Counted from the stretch's first letter, positions 30,323 to 40,738 are shown. The stretch: DNA of 64,000 nt from Nitrososphaeraceae archaeon (GCA_035297365.1 DATGZA010000014.1:1-64000), one strand, 5' to 3'. The notes: a model not told the origin generated them from the letters alone. Program-made: numbers and translations.

Positions 30323-30751
30323 TTATTCAGGACAAAGCCAACCGATAACATTTAATATATTTTCACTTTTAATTGATATTTTAATTGGTCCCAATGGCGA
30401 TTCTTCCTCATTATCAACTAAGACTATTATCCCTTGGGTGGCTGCCTGTTTATTAATATAAAACCAAGTCACATTTTCTTGTAGATGAGATAACAATAGT
30501 CTCCGAAGTACCGATGTAACCAATCTATTTCTGACTTGTTCGTATATGGATTTTAGAACTTTATAGTTATTGGATTTTCCTATTACCAAATTGTTTCCAT
30601 ATTTCCTATACTCAATGCCAACTTCACCAGTTATTAAATTAATGACATCCAACACTTTAGAAGGATCTTCTGATGCATTTATTGAAGATGAAATCTGTAT
30701 TTCTAATTTGAGATTGGATGGAAATTTGCTTATCTTTTCAAATGATGGCAT
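30323..30751 (-). CDS. Archaeal RNA-binding domain protein (UPF0201/DUF54-like)
   Basis: INASEDPSKV, INKQAA, ESPLGPIKI. Confidence 0.8.
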   Translation of the reverse strand: MPSFEKISKFPSNLKLEIQISSSINASEDPSKVLDVINLITGEVGIEYRKYGNNLVIGKSNNYKVLKSIYEQVRNRLVTSVLRRLLLSHLQENVTWFYINKQAATQGIIVLVDNEEESPLGPIKISIKSENILNVIGWLCPE

Positions 30752-30753
30752 TT

Positions 30754-31329
30754 TTAAAATCTAAGTGATAGTAACCAATTTCGCGATATTTGTTTTGCTT
30801 GTTCTTTTAATTGATGTAAGGAAATTTCATTATTTGAGATAATTTCATCTGCAAACGCTATTGCCTCACTCAGTCCAACAGATAGCTCCCGTTTGTCTCT
30901 TATTAAACATTCTTTTAGAGTAGAGGGAGCATCACTCCTAGAACGATCTTTTAAGTGTCTAATTCTCGTGTCAATAGATCCATGAATTGATAGGATCTTC
31001 ACTACACCTATTTTTTTTAACAAATCTATTTCATGAACGCTTCTTATACCATCTATTACAAATTTGTAATGCAGTTCATCATTGTATTTTTCGGATATCT
31101 GACTAATAATTAGAGTAGCAATAGCTCCCGGACCTAATTCCTTTCTTAATTTTAGCATAAGGTAGCCCAAATTTTTATCGGTAGGTTCCAATTTTCTTTT
31201 TTTTGCTTCCATTCTAACACAATCGCCCATATTTAGGAGAGTAAAATCTTCTTCCTCCAATGCTTTTGCTACTGTAGTTTTTCCGGCTCCTGGCATTCCA
31301 GTTAAGCAAATGATAAATTTCCTTTTAAT
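30754..31329 (-). CDS. UPF0200 / archaeal dephospho-CoA-kinase-like P-loop kinase; probable ATT start at 31329
   Basis: IICLTGMPGAGKTT, MGDCVR, VIDGIRS, RDKRELSVG; frame open upstream of the ATG at 31296. Confidence 0.8.
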   Translation of the reverse strand: MKRKFIICLTGMPGAGKTTVAKALEEEDFTLLNMGDCVRMEAKKRKLEPTDKNLGYLMLKLRKELGPGAIATLIISQISEKYNDELHYKFVIDGIRSVHEIDLLKKIGVVKILSIHGSIDTRIRHLKDRSRSDAPSTLKECLIRDKRELSVGLSEAIAFADEIISNNEISLHQLKEQAKQISRNWLLSLRF

Positions 31330-31799
31330 TTGATAATCACCACAATTGATTAGAATAAAACCAGATCTGTTATCAACGTTATGCTATAAATGGAAGAAAT
31401 GTTTTCGAAAATCCATCGTCCAGATGATTTGTAGAGGTATTAAATACTGATAACATCGAGTCCTAGATAATAAGATTAAAGAAGAGATAGACATTCTAGA
31501 ATCCTATTTATTTTTATGAAATCAGTTATGTCATATTTGGTTATGCCGCGATAGATATAAATGGTGTCGAATATTCAAATGGTCCTTTGAAAATAATTTT
31601 TATCCCAAAAAAATGTGTGGTACAAATTCGCTACTAAATGTCATGAGATAGTACTATTATACTCTAATGCCAGATAGTGATACAAGAAAACTGAAATCAT
31701 TGAATGATTGATTTAATATTATTCTTTAGGTTATTTCTTGAATATTATCTAGAAATAAAAGAAAAATACAAATACTCAAACCTTCAATGTCTTTACATC

Positions 31800-31967
31800 A
31801 TGCCAATAACCGATGCCATTAAAAAGCAAATAGCCCAACAAAGAAGATTATTTTATAAAATATGTTTTAAATGCGGTGGTAGAAATCCTATTTCATCCGG
31901 CAGATGTCGAAAATGCCATAGCCAACATATGAGATTAAAGAATAGAAATGTAGGAGCTAAAAAATAA
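31800..31967 (+). CDS. rpl40e: 50S ribosomal protein L40e
   Basis: MPITD...KICFKCGGRNPISSGRCRKC...LKNR; start refined to ATG 31800. Confidence 0.93.
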   Translation: MPITDAIKKQIAQQRRLFYKICFKCGGRNPISSGRCRKCHSQHMRLKNRNVGAKK

Positions 31968-32061
31968 GAATAAGATTTCCTAGCCACATTACTATGGAAT
32001 ACTAGATGGAAATTAAACTAGAGTTATACAGATCGAATGTAATGAGGAAAAAAAGAAAAAA

Positions 32062-33786
32062 CTACCAGTAATTCGCTTTTATTTTTTCTATTGCTCTTTC
32101 GTGTTCTGGACCTTGTTTTCTTGCAAACTTTTCCATAGATGACAAAGGAATACCTCCTAATGATTTAGCTAATCCCGAGAAGAAGGTGTTTTTAATTGGA
32201 TTCTCACGTCCTACCTTTGACATGAACTTTTGAATTCCATGACTGAAATTATGTTGCCATGTTTTGTACATAACTCCAAGTTTCCCGGCATCCATTGTAT
32301 TTCCAATATCAAAAAAATCTGATTTTTCAAGTAACCCAATAGGAACAAAAGTTAATGGCGTAACAGTAAACTTTGAGTCGGGTTGCTCTTGCTCTAGTTC
32401 GTGAATTAATCGAATGGTCTCCCAACTGTCATCCATAGTTTCATTATTATCTAGTCCCATTATGAGTGTAAAAGCAGGAATCCAATAATGCTCATTCAGA
32501 GTTTTTACCCCTTCTTTAACTACCCAATGCCATTCTGATGGTTTGAAAGGAGCTAATTTTCTATCGGCATATTTTCCAATTAACCTAATACTGCCAGTTT
32601 CAAATCCACATTGAATTCCGATAAAGTTATCTGGACCTGACTTTATTATTCTGGAAATATTCGGGATCAGTCTCTCATCTGCAATCGCACCTGCCAAAGT
32701 TCCATGAGTTGGATTCGTGTGTTCAATTCCTGTATCCATAATCCCTTTGAATAATTCCTCTATAGCTTCTCTATTTGGTTGCATGTTCTTTGTGGTTCTT
32801 GGATTTAATCCATAGACGAAAATATCATCGCTTTGTATCCAAGCATTCTTCAAACCTCCATATTTCATATTAATTTCGATTTCTTGTTGTACTTTTTCCA
32901 CAGGATAATATCGAAGAGGACGTAAAGTAACATCACAAAATTTGCATCCCCTACCACAGCCTCTCATCACTTCAATCATCCCATGCATACTAGGATGAAC
33001 AATGTTAGGAATTTCATCAACAGAAGGTTCATCAGAATAATGAATAAATCTACCATGATATTTTCTATCATTTTTTGAAAATTCTTTTATTTCAACCTTA
33101 AACTTGTTCTTTTTAAATGGGTTTGCTGTTTCTAGGTCTCCATTTATCAAAGCATCAAAAAAACTGCCACCTGCCCCATCTATTTCGGGTCCAATACCAC
33201 CCAAATCGCCCTCTACTATTCCATATATCCCATATTCTTCGATCTTCGCTGGATCATAATTATATTGCCAGGTTCCAGAAGCACCAACAACCACCTTGGC
33301 TTTACTGCCGTTCTTAGCCTTGGCAGAATTTATTTTCATATGTAAATCTCTATTATATAATTCGTCATAAGACATTGTTTTTCGACCAAATGTAAATGTC
33401 ATCGTTACAGGCCCCATTCCAAGAGGATCCATTTCATAAGTACCTACTACTTCTGTTTCTGGTCCAATAAATTTATCAATATGATCAGGATGTGCAACTA
33501 CCACATCTTCAGGTTTGTATCCATCTCGAAGAAGAGACGCTTCAACTTTACGTAACCCATAAGGAGCATAGTTTGCGATTCCATTATTATGTCCTATTGG
33601 ATTGCAGATGAAATCAAATAATACTCTTGGAGTCACCTGATTTTTAAGAATATAATACCAGAAAGAATCCTTCGTTCTACTATTATCTATAGCTGGGGCA
33701 CAACCAAAAAATGAAGCTAAAGAGATTCCTCTATAAGGGGACATTAGCGTACGGTCCGCAGATAAAACTACTTTCGGATATTTCAT
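32062..33786 (-). CDS. Radical SAM protein with an N-terminal B12-binding-like domain
   Basis: EVMRGCGRGCKFC (CxxxCxxC), APYGLRKVEA, MDPLGMGP, CGFETGS. Confidence 0.88.
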   Translation of the reverse strand: MKYPKVVLSADRTLMSPYRGISLASFFGCAPAIDNSRTKDSFWYYILKNQVTPRVLFDFICNPIGHNNGIANYAPYGLRKVEASLLRDGYKPEDVVVAHPDHIDKFIGPETEVVGTYEMDPLGMGPVTMTFTFGRKTMSYDELYNRDLHMKINSAKAKNGSKAKVVVGASGTWQYNYDPAKIEEYGIYGIVEGDLGGIGPEIDGAGGSFFDALINGDLETANPFKKNKFKVEIKEFSKNDRKYHGRFIHYSDEPSVDEIPNIVHPSMHGMIEVMRGCGRGCKFCDVTLRPLRYYPVEKVQQEIEINMKYGGLKNAWIQSDDIFVYGLNPRTTKNMQPNREAIEELFKGIMDTGIEHTNPTHGTLAGAIADERLIPNISRIIKSGPDNFIGIQCGFETGSIRLIGKYADRKLAPFKPSEWHWVVKEGVKTLNEHYWIPAFTLIMGLDNNETMDDSWETIRLIHELEQEQPDSKFTVTPLTFVPIGLLEKSDFFDIGNTMDAGKLGVMYKTWQHNFSHGIQKFMSKVGRENPIKNTFFSGLAKSLGGIPLSSMEKFARKQGPEHERAIEKIKANYW

Positions 33787-33942
33787 TCTAAATCTTGATC
33801 CTAATTATAAAAGGTGAAAATTGCGTAGATTTTAACTTTTCCCAACGTTACCGGTGATTTCTTAATGGAATTTTTATTTTGAGCAATTAATAATGTAAAA
33901 AGTTGAAGCAGGTATTAAATAGGATTAAAATAAGTCTAGTTT

Positions 33943-34119
33943 ATGGAAAATAAAGTTGATTGTAATATTTGCAATAAATTAATTGTAGAAAACAATTTAG
34001 AAGAACATGTTTCTTCTGAAGAACACATTAATAATAAAAATACTCTAATAAAAGAACTAAATTTTAACAAAGATAATCAAGATTTTTTAGAATCAGTAGT
34101 ATCTAAATGGCAAAATTAA
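33943..34119 (+). CDS. 58-aa C2H2 (matrin/U1-like) zinc-finger microprotein, absent from the ORF track
   Basis: MENKVDCNICNKLIVENNLEEHVSSEEHINNK...WQN*; Cx2C...Hx5H. Confidence 0.65.
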   Translation: MENKVDCNICNKLIVENNLEEHVSSEEHINNKNTLIKELNFNKDNQDFLESVVSKWQN

Positions 34120-34129
34120 GTATGTATGT

Positions 34130-34894
34130 TCATACAAGCGATAACACTAAACTACTAGCAACAACTATCAATGCTATTGAGAAAATTTTTCTCAGCAAGT
34201 CTTCTTTGAAGGAATGAAGGTACTTTGACCCAATCTGCGCCCCCAAAAAAGATCCCGATGCCAATGCAATCCCCAAAAAATATTCGGGGTGCTCCAAGAT
34301 AATATGAGTTCCAAGTCCGGTAGCTGAGCTTAACAATAATGTAAATTGAGAAGTAGGACTAGCATTTATCATTTTCATCTCAAAAATAATTACCAAAATT
34401 GGTACAAAAATTATACCACCTCCTACACCAAAAAAACTTGAAATAATGCCAGCGGTAAATGTTCCGATTACAAATAGTGGGTAAAACATGTATTTAGGAA
34501 TATGAAAATTAGCAGTATTGATCATTCTATCTTTAAATAGTAAATAGATTCCAACTATTATCAGTAGAACCGCAAAATAGATCTTGAATGAATCTAATGA
34601 CGCATCTTTTGATAAGAAGCTGCCTATTATTGATCCAGGGATCGCCGGCAGAGCTAATTTCAATCCCAAAGAATAGTTAATATATTTTTTTTTAATGTAG
34701 GTTAGGGTTGATGATAAACTGGTTGCTGTCACCGCTAAGAGACTGGAACTAGCAATAATATAAGGAGGAAATCCTAGAAACGCAAGAGCAGGGGTCATAA
34801 TGATACCTCCTCCTACACCTATTAGCGCTCCTAAAAGACCAGCCCCAAATCCAATGGTAATTAATATAATAAAAATAAACTCCACCAAATTCAT
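34130..34894 (-). CDS. Sulfite exporter TauE/SafE family protein
   Basis: Two GVGGG repeats, about 8 TM helices. Confidence 0.9.
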   Translation of the reverse strand: MNLVEFIFIILITIGFGAGLLGALIGVGGGIIMTPALAFLGFPPYIIASSSLLAVTATSLSSTLTYIKKKYINYSLGLKLALPAIPGSIIGSFLSKDASLDSFKIYFAVLLIIVGIYLLFKDRMINTANFHIPKYMFYPLFVIGTFTAGIISSFFGVGGGIIFVPILVIIFEMKMINASPTSQFTLLLSSATGLGTHIILEHPEYFLGIALASGSFLGAQIGSKYLHSFKEDLLRKIFSIALIVVASSLVLSLV

Positions 34895-35125
34895 ACACTA
34901 ATCCATAATATTTTTCAGTTTAGAAAGCATTGATAATAAAATATTAGTCAATTCCAAAATATTAAAATCATGTATGTTATTTAATTTTGTTGAAGGAAAA
35001 AATAAAGCTTTCATTAACTAAACTCATGAAATAAATTTATGGTTAATATCATTTAGAATATTGTTAGATGATCGCATTATTATAAAATATAAGTATATTA
35101 TAATTTAGGATAATACTATTCAGCA

Positions 35126-36139
35126 ATGAGAATTATATTAATCGGATATGGACTTATAGGTCAAAGTTTTACAAAGCTCCTTCTTTCTAAATCAGTCGAT
35201 TTATACAATCTATACGGAATGAAACCAAGGATAGTTGCTTGCGTGGATAGTAAAGGATCCGCAGTAGACCAATCTGGACTCGATCTTCAGAGATTGTTAG
35301 AAGTTAAGAAAAATACCGGAACTGTAGGGGGATTTGATAACAAGTTAAAGGCCGTCGATCCTTTACAAATTATAGAATCTGTTGATGCAGAAGTAATCTT
35401 AGAATTGACTCCTACAAATCTAAACAATGGAGAACCAGGCTTATCTCACATAATATCTGCGATGAAATGTGGAAAAAATGTAATAACAGTAAATAAAGGT
35501 CCATTATCAGTGGCTTTCCCTTCTTTGATAGAATTGGCAAATTTTAATGGAATATTGTTTAGATTTAGCGGAACCGTCGGAGGAGGCACACCAATACTAG
35601 AATTTGCAAAAAGGTGTCTAAAAGGAGATAGAATTGTATCTTTTAAGGGGATATTAAATGGAACAACAAATTATATTTTAACCAAAATGGAAGAAAGGTT
35701 GACATTTACTGAAGCATTAAATGACGCACAAATAAAAGGATATGCAGAAACTGTGCCCTCGTTAGATGTCGATGGTTTTGATGCTGCTGCAAAATTGGTA
35801 ATTATGTCGAATTGGTTGATGGATATGAAAGTAACCTTAGATAATGTAGAGAGAACTGGTATTACTAAAGTGCTAACAGATCAAGTAATAGAAGCAGAAA
35901 AAAGGGGGAATTCCATAAAATTGATAGCTAGTTGTGAGAAAAAAAAATTATCCGTAAAACCATTGGAGGTATCAAAATTGGATCCCATATGTGTAAGTGG
36001 AACATTAAATGCTGTTACGTTTACACTAGAATATGCTGGCGATCAAACAATAATTGGCAGAGGGGCTGGAGGAATAGAAACAGCCAGTGCAGTATTAAGG
36101 GACATTATAGAAATACGGGATAACATAATAAATGTATAA
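35126..36139 (+). CDS. hom: Homoserine dehydrogenase
   Basis: GYGLIG, NKGP, GTVGGGTP, GILNGTTNYIL, DVDGFDAAAK, GRGAGGIETA. Confidence 0.95.
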   Translation: MRIILIGYGLIGQSFTKLLLSKSVDLYNLYGMKPRIVACVDSKGSAVDQSGLDLQRLLEVKKNTGTVGGFDNKLKAVDPLQIIESVDAEVILELTPTNLNNGEPGLSHIISAMKCGKNVITVNKGPLSVAFPSLIELANFNGILFRFSGTVGGGTPILEFAKRCLKGDRIVSFKGILNGTTNYILTKMEERLTFTEALNDAQIKGYAETVPSLDVDGFDAAAKLVIMSNWLMDMKVTLDNVERTGITKVLTDQVIEAEKRGNSIKLIASCEKKKLSVKPLEVSKLDPICVSGTLNAVTFTLEYAGDQTIIGRGAGGIETASAVLRDIIEIRDNIINV

Positions 36140-36231
36140 AACTTTAAATTAAATACATTAAAGGTATACAAAATTGTTTTTTGGTGTGAATGTCAAAAGG
36201 ATTATTAGCCAGAATTAGACTCCTTAAATAA

Positions 36232-36882
36232 ATGTACAGCGTAGAAATGGAAATTCAAGCCAAGAGAAAAGTACTGGTAGTTTTACATGATGAAATTAAC
36301 AAAATATTAAATTCTGTCAGGGAGTTATCGAATTTGACTGCATCATTGATTAACGAAGAAAATGATGATATCAAAACAAGTTTAGAGAGAATTAGAGCTA
36401 CAGAGGATGAAGTAGAAAATATGAGAAAAAAAATTATCCAAGTAGCTGAAATTGATAGCTTGATGGGGAACAGAGAGGATGTTCTTAGTCCAGCCTACAT
36501 AATAAATGATATTGCGGGCTATATTAGTGGAATTGCTTTTAGATTGTCTAATATGAACATATCTGTTCTTAAAAAATCAAACTTTGATAAAGACATTAAA
36601 ACATTAATAGATAAAGTAGTTGAGTCTATTTTTAAACTGAATGAAATGGCGCGTGCATTGAGCATCAATCCTGTAAATACCATTGAATTAGCTCAAGAAG
36701 TACAAAAACTAGAGAGAGAAGTAAATGCAAAATATAGAAATACAATCATAAAAGCATTTAACGAAACAGAACATACAAAAGAATTATTACTTTTGAAAGA
36801 CACCGTAGAGGACATAGAAGGAATGGCTGATAAATGTCAGGAAGCGTCTGATTCCTTTACAATATTAGCATTAAGCCTATAA
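36232..36882 (+). CDS. DUF47 (PhoU-like) phosphate transport regulator
   Basis: All-helical duplicated pattern: EDEVENMRKKI...REDVL, EDIEGMADKCQEASD. Confidence 0.8.
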   Translation: MYSVEMEIQAKRKVLVVLHDEINKILNSVRELSNLTASLINEENDDIKTSLERIRATEDEVENMRKKIIQVAEIDSLMGNREDVLSPAYIINDIAGYISGIAFRLSNMNISVLKKSNFDKDIKTLIDKVVESIFKLNEMARALSINPVNTIELAQEVQKLEREVNAKYRNTIIKAFNETEHTKELLLLKDTVEDIEGMADKCQEASDSFTILALSL

Positions 36883-36886
36883 GGTA

Positions 36887-37441
36887 ATGAAAGATAAAAA
36901 AATTATAGGAGAATTAATCGAAAACAGAGTTATAGTTTGGAACATTTTAGAATCAAGGCATCTGTTTGGTAATGGGTATTTTGGAAAACCTCTGGGAGTT
37001 CCCAAACCAAAAGGAATTAATTTTGACTCTCCATTGATACTTGATTTAGTAGAAAGTTACTATCTGATCCAGAAAGGAAAACTTAAAGTTATTTCAAAAG
37101 ACAAGTTATTATCTTTACGAGATATGAAGGAAATATGTAGAAAGCAATACGATAAATTCGATTTAAAATATACAGTATTTCAGAATTTGAGAGACAGAGG
37201 ATATGTGGTATCACCTGGAATAAAGTTCGGATGTGATTTTGCAGTATATGAACATGGTCCGGGAATAGATCATGCACCATTTTTAGTACAGGTATTAAAT
37301 GCGGAGGAAGTAATTACGGCTACAAATATTATTTTATCAGGAAGACTTGCTACTACAGTTAAAAAACAATTCATAATTGCAATTCCTAAAATGAAGGATA
37401 AGAGTGTACAGTTTATAGCGTTTGATTGGTGGAGGGCCTGA
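36887..37441 (+). CDS. endA: tRNA-intron endonuclease catalytic (alpha) subunit
   Basis: GIKFGCDFAVYEHGPGIDHAP (catalytic Tyr, His), GRLATTVKK (Lys), GKPLGVPKPK loop. Confidence 0.95.
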   Translation: MKDKKIIGELIENRVIVWNILESRHLFGNGYFGKPLGVPKPKGINFDSPLILDLVESYYLIQKGKLKVISKDKLLSLRDMKEICRKQYDKFDLKYTVFQNLRDRGYVVSPGIKFGCDFAVYEHGPGIDHAPFLVQVLNAEEVITATNIILSGRLATTVKKQFIIAIPKMKDKSVQFIAFDWWRA

Positions 37442-37943
37442 TATAGCGGTATACTAACATCACGATGTTAGTTTATTCTTTAAAAAAATTTTCTTCCAAT
37501 AAAATTTAATAAATTTCTGACCATTTCTTTGAAATAATTTTCACCAAAGAATGAGATTGGAATTCTGTCATGTCAAATAAAGAATAACGAAACTAATTGA
37601 TAAATAACAATTATTATTTTTATGTTATTTTAACTGTATCATTATTCAAGTTTAAACCAGTCATTTACGGTTGTAGCATTATTGTGCGAGTATTAATAAA
37701 TAGAAATAGCTTCGAACTTAATTAGATTCATCTACGAAAATGTTTTTTCTAGACATCTAGATTCTTTACTAATCATCTCGGATAGTTTTTTATAAATATT
37801 ATTAACAACAAAATTTATAACACAATTAAAAAGAGGAAAATATCAGAGTAATAAGATCGTATAGAGTCTAATTTTGACTGAAGAAACCTTATCGTCTTAA
37901 TCACAAAGATAAAATAAGTCAAATTTCGCATAATACTAAATAC

Positions 37944-38162
37944 ATGAACCGGATAAAGAGATTATCTAATGAACTTTTACAGAGGTATCATGACAAATTT
38001 ACTATTAACTTTGATGAAAATAAAAAAAGTATTTCTAATTTAGCTACAATTCGATCCAAGATTTTGAGGAACCAGATAGCTGGATACATTACGTCAAAAT
38101 TAAAAAGGGATGCGGATCAGGAAAAGACTGAATATACTGAAGATGAAACAGAAGGGAACTAA
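37944..38162 (+). CDS. rps17e: 30S ribosomal protein S17e
   Basis: FTINFDENKK, SKILRNQIAGYIT. Confidence 0.95.
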   Translation: MNRIKRLSNELLQRYHDKFTINFDENKKSISNLATIRSKILRNQIAGYITSKLKRDADQEKTEYTEDETEGN

Positions 38163-38170
38163 ATCATAGC

Positions 38171-38422
38171 TTGATTACCTTGAATCTTATGGGAGGATTG
38201 ATATATGCTATTGGTCAGAATACATTAACTATAGATAAATCACAATCTTCTATAAAAGAGATTTTAGACATTTTAAAAAACAAATCAAAAGATAAAAAAA
38301 TCGTCGATAATAATATCATGATATCTATTAATGGTATAGATTCTAATGTATTGGGTGGTAGCAATGCCTCAGTTACTGAGCAAGATAAGATTGTGGCAGT
38401 AACAATTGTACATGGGGGTTAA
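38171..38422 (+). CDS. MoaD/ThiS/SAMP ubiquitin-like protein
   Basis: Beta-grasp size, ISINGID, C-terminal VHGG. Confidence 0.88.
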   Translation: MITLNLMGGLIYAIGQNTLTIDKSQSSIKEILDILKNKSKDKKIVDNNIMISINGIDSNVLGGSNASVTEQDKIVAVTIVHGG

Positions 38423-38969
38423 AAACAGCCTTCACACGAGTTTGATCCTAAAAAAAATTAATGAAAAATATATTTATTGTCATACTTCTTTCGTAAAAAA
38501 AGATAGCGATTATCTAAAAATAATAGAAGGATTAAAAGAGGAATTTCCTAAATCAAATATCCAAATCATTAACACAAACTTGATTTATAATTTCGAACAC
38601 ATTTCCGAGGTTTTAAAAATCTCTCTTTCTGCCAAAGAGAGAGACATTTTGGTTGCTAGGAAAATTGAAGTGGATTTTTTAATGCGGATTATAGGAACCA
38701 GTCAAATTTCTTATGCAATAAAAATTGGAGGAATAAAATATGATCAATACAATACCCTTGTTGCTCTAAGTGATGATAATTTGGAAGCAAAAAAAATAAG
38801 AGAAAAATTATATTTATTGTTTGGTCATTCATATGATAAATTATTATTAGACAGCAAAGAACAGGCAATAAAATTAAATTATTTTAAAAAAGAATTTCAG
38901 AATCATCTTCTTAATGAAAAAATAATAATAGATGTCTTAAGAGAAAAAGCTATTTTGGTTACCTTATAA
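38412..38969 (+). CDS. cgi121: KEOPS complex subunit Cgi121
   Basis: ARKIEVDFLMRIIGTSQISYAIKIGGIK; ATG 38412 overlaps the end of the Ubl gene. Confidence 0.8.
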   Translation: MGVKNSLHTSLILKKINEKYIYCHTSFVKKDSDYLKIIEGLKEEFPKSNIQIINTNLIYNFEHISEVLKISLSAKERDILVARKIEVDFLMRIIGTSQISYAIKIGGIKYDQYNTLVALSDDNLEAKKIREKLYLLFGHSYDKLLLDSKEQAIKLNYFKKEFQNHLLNEKIIIDVLREKAILVTL

Positions 38970-39028
38970 TAATTGCAATATTTATTTTTGGATGAATAAA
39001 TTCATCACTGCTCTTTCGGATTCTCCAT

Positions 39029-39495
39029 TTATTTTATCAATAATAATTGAAGCATTTTTAGAAAGAGATTTATTAAAAGTATATACTTATATGCAAAACC
39101 CCCAAATAGAGATTTTAGTTTTTCTGTATGAATGATTTTATTTTCATCAGTTATTACAAAATCAAAACTAGAATGCCTTAACAGATCTCCATTAGTAGGA
39201 TCTTGTAGATTCATTACGAAGTTAATTGGAGTCAGAGGAGCGATTATGGGAGGATTCCAAGAAATTTGAAACAAATATTTTTCATTAGTGGTCAAAATCT
39301 CCAAAGGAAATTTTGGCTTTTCCATAGCAAAAATTTTGAATGGTATCAGTGTTTGATTATTATCCTTATTAATTATATCCTTTAAGTATATTTGCCTTGA
39401 TAATTGATCTAATTGGTCTATTGAGAACCATATGAAAAAGATGTGAATTTAGATCAGTGAAATCATCCACAACTATCGACCTTGTTGGAAGATTC
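39029..39495 (-). pseudogene. Fragment of a thaumarchaeal secreted (PEFG-CTERM-type) protein, truncated next to an IS5 remnant
   Basis: ORF KPKFPLEILTTNEKYLFQISWNPP...FDFVI plus upstream decayed coding sequence (PTRSIVVDDFTD...HMVLN) with stops; family assignment from recall. Confidence 0.45.
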
Positions 39496-39499
39496 TTAT

Positions 39500-39918
39500 C
39501 GAATTCCATTTTTATCCGTTAAAATATGTTTTTGTTCCTAAGTGGTATCTATCGGTACTATTTTGACATGTATTCGTCTTCCCAAAGAATATTTTATAGA
39601 TATACTGACAAGTGACTGCCATTTCCATTTAAGTCCTCTCTCGTCATCGTATATTTCTAGTAATCTTGTTCATAATTTGACAAATGTACCTAATTGTATA
39701 TACTCTTGAAATCTTCTATGCCATGTAGAACATAAACCACATTTTCTTGGTAACATTTTCCACTGACATCAAGTTCTCAAGACAAACATTATTCAATATA
39801 GTACTTTTCTATAGGGAACAATGGAACGACTGATTTTGTTCTCTAGCTTTTCATCTGGTAAAATATTTTTAATTCCATTTCACAGATAATCTAGATTACG
39901 TACAATTGTTCTAACATA
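39500..39918 (-). mobile_element. Degenerate IS5-family (IS427/IS1031-like) transposase remnant, N-terminal half
   Basis: IKNILPDEK, VPYRKVL, VLRT*CQWKMLP, WHRRFQE, KWKWQSL, ILTDKNGI fragments with premature stops; boundaries approximate. Confidence 0.85.
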
Positions 39919-40052
39919 GCATTTTGTCTTATTGATGTTATTCAATTATTGCTATTATGATAATGAAACCAAATTAGCTGGATTCCTATCTATTTATTGG
40001 GTTACTCGAGTTTGAAGCTTTAAGAATATAACGGGGAGAATATAGAGGAATA

Positions 40053-40718
40053 GTGACAATGAAAAGCTTACTTATTATTTTAATAATCCTATGTTTTTGT
40101 TATTTTAATTTAGAATCTGTTTTTGCTCATGAAGAAATTAAATTGGGAAATATTACTGTGGGAGCAGGATGGACGAAGGAACCTCCGTTGTTAAACACCT
40201 TGAATCAAATTGTAATATCAATTTCTGAGAACGATAATCCGGTGAGAAATGCTTTGAAGGACATGATGATATCTATTCAATATGGAGGAATTTCGAAGCA
40301 ACTGAGTTTCCTGCCTTCTGAAGAATCCCCAGGAATTTACGTGGCAGAAATAATCCCTTCAAAAACAGGTACTTATTATATTTATATGGACGGTCAATTA
40401 AAAGATCAAAAAATTAAAACAGAATTACAAATTGAGGATGTGGAAGATACAAAACAAATTTCTTTTCCTCCAGCTATCCAAGATACTGCTGAATCTACAG
40501 CAATCATTGGCAAGCAAATCAAACCAATAATAAGTGATGTGATTAATCAAATAGATAATTCAAAGAAGGAATTAAATTTTACAAATTCATTGTTGCAGGA
40601 AGCTTTGAATAAATACGAATCAATTCAGCAAAACATGGATAAAATTAATTTCATTAGCTATATAGCAGTTGGTTTAGGAACAGTTGGAATTTTGCTCTTT
40701 ATTTTAAGGAAGAAATAA
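40053..40718 (+). CDS. Secreted, C-terminally anchored hypothetical protein
   Basis: Signal peptide VFA-HEE, GWTKEPP, coiled coil, C-terminal TM plus basic tail. Confidence 0.75.
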   Translation: MTMKSLLIILIILCFCYFNLESVFAHEEIKLGNITVGAGWTKEPPLLNTLNQIVISISENDNPVRNALKDMMISIQYGGISKQLSFLPSEESPGIYVAEIIPSKTGTYYIYMDGQLKDQKIKTELQIEDVEDTKQISFPPAIQDTAESTAIIGKQIKPIISDVINQIDNSKKELNFTNSLLQEALNKYESIQQNMDKINFISYIAVGLGTVGILLFILRKK

Positions 40719-40738
40719 TTTATACCGTATAGTTAATA

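Noticed and set aside
31704-31799. 32-aa N-terminal extension of L40e in the ORF track
   Set aside because: L40e homology starts at MPITD (31800); the upstream sequence is AT-rich and promoter-like.
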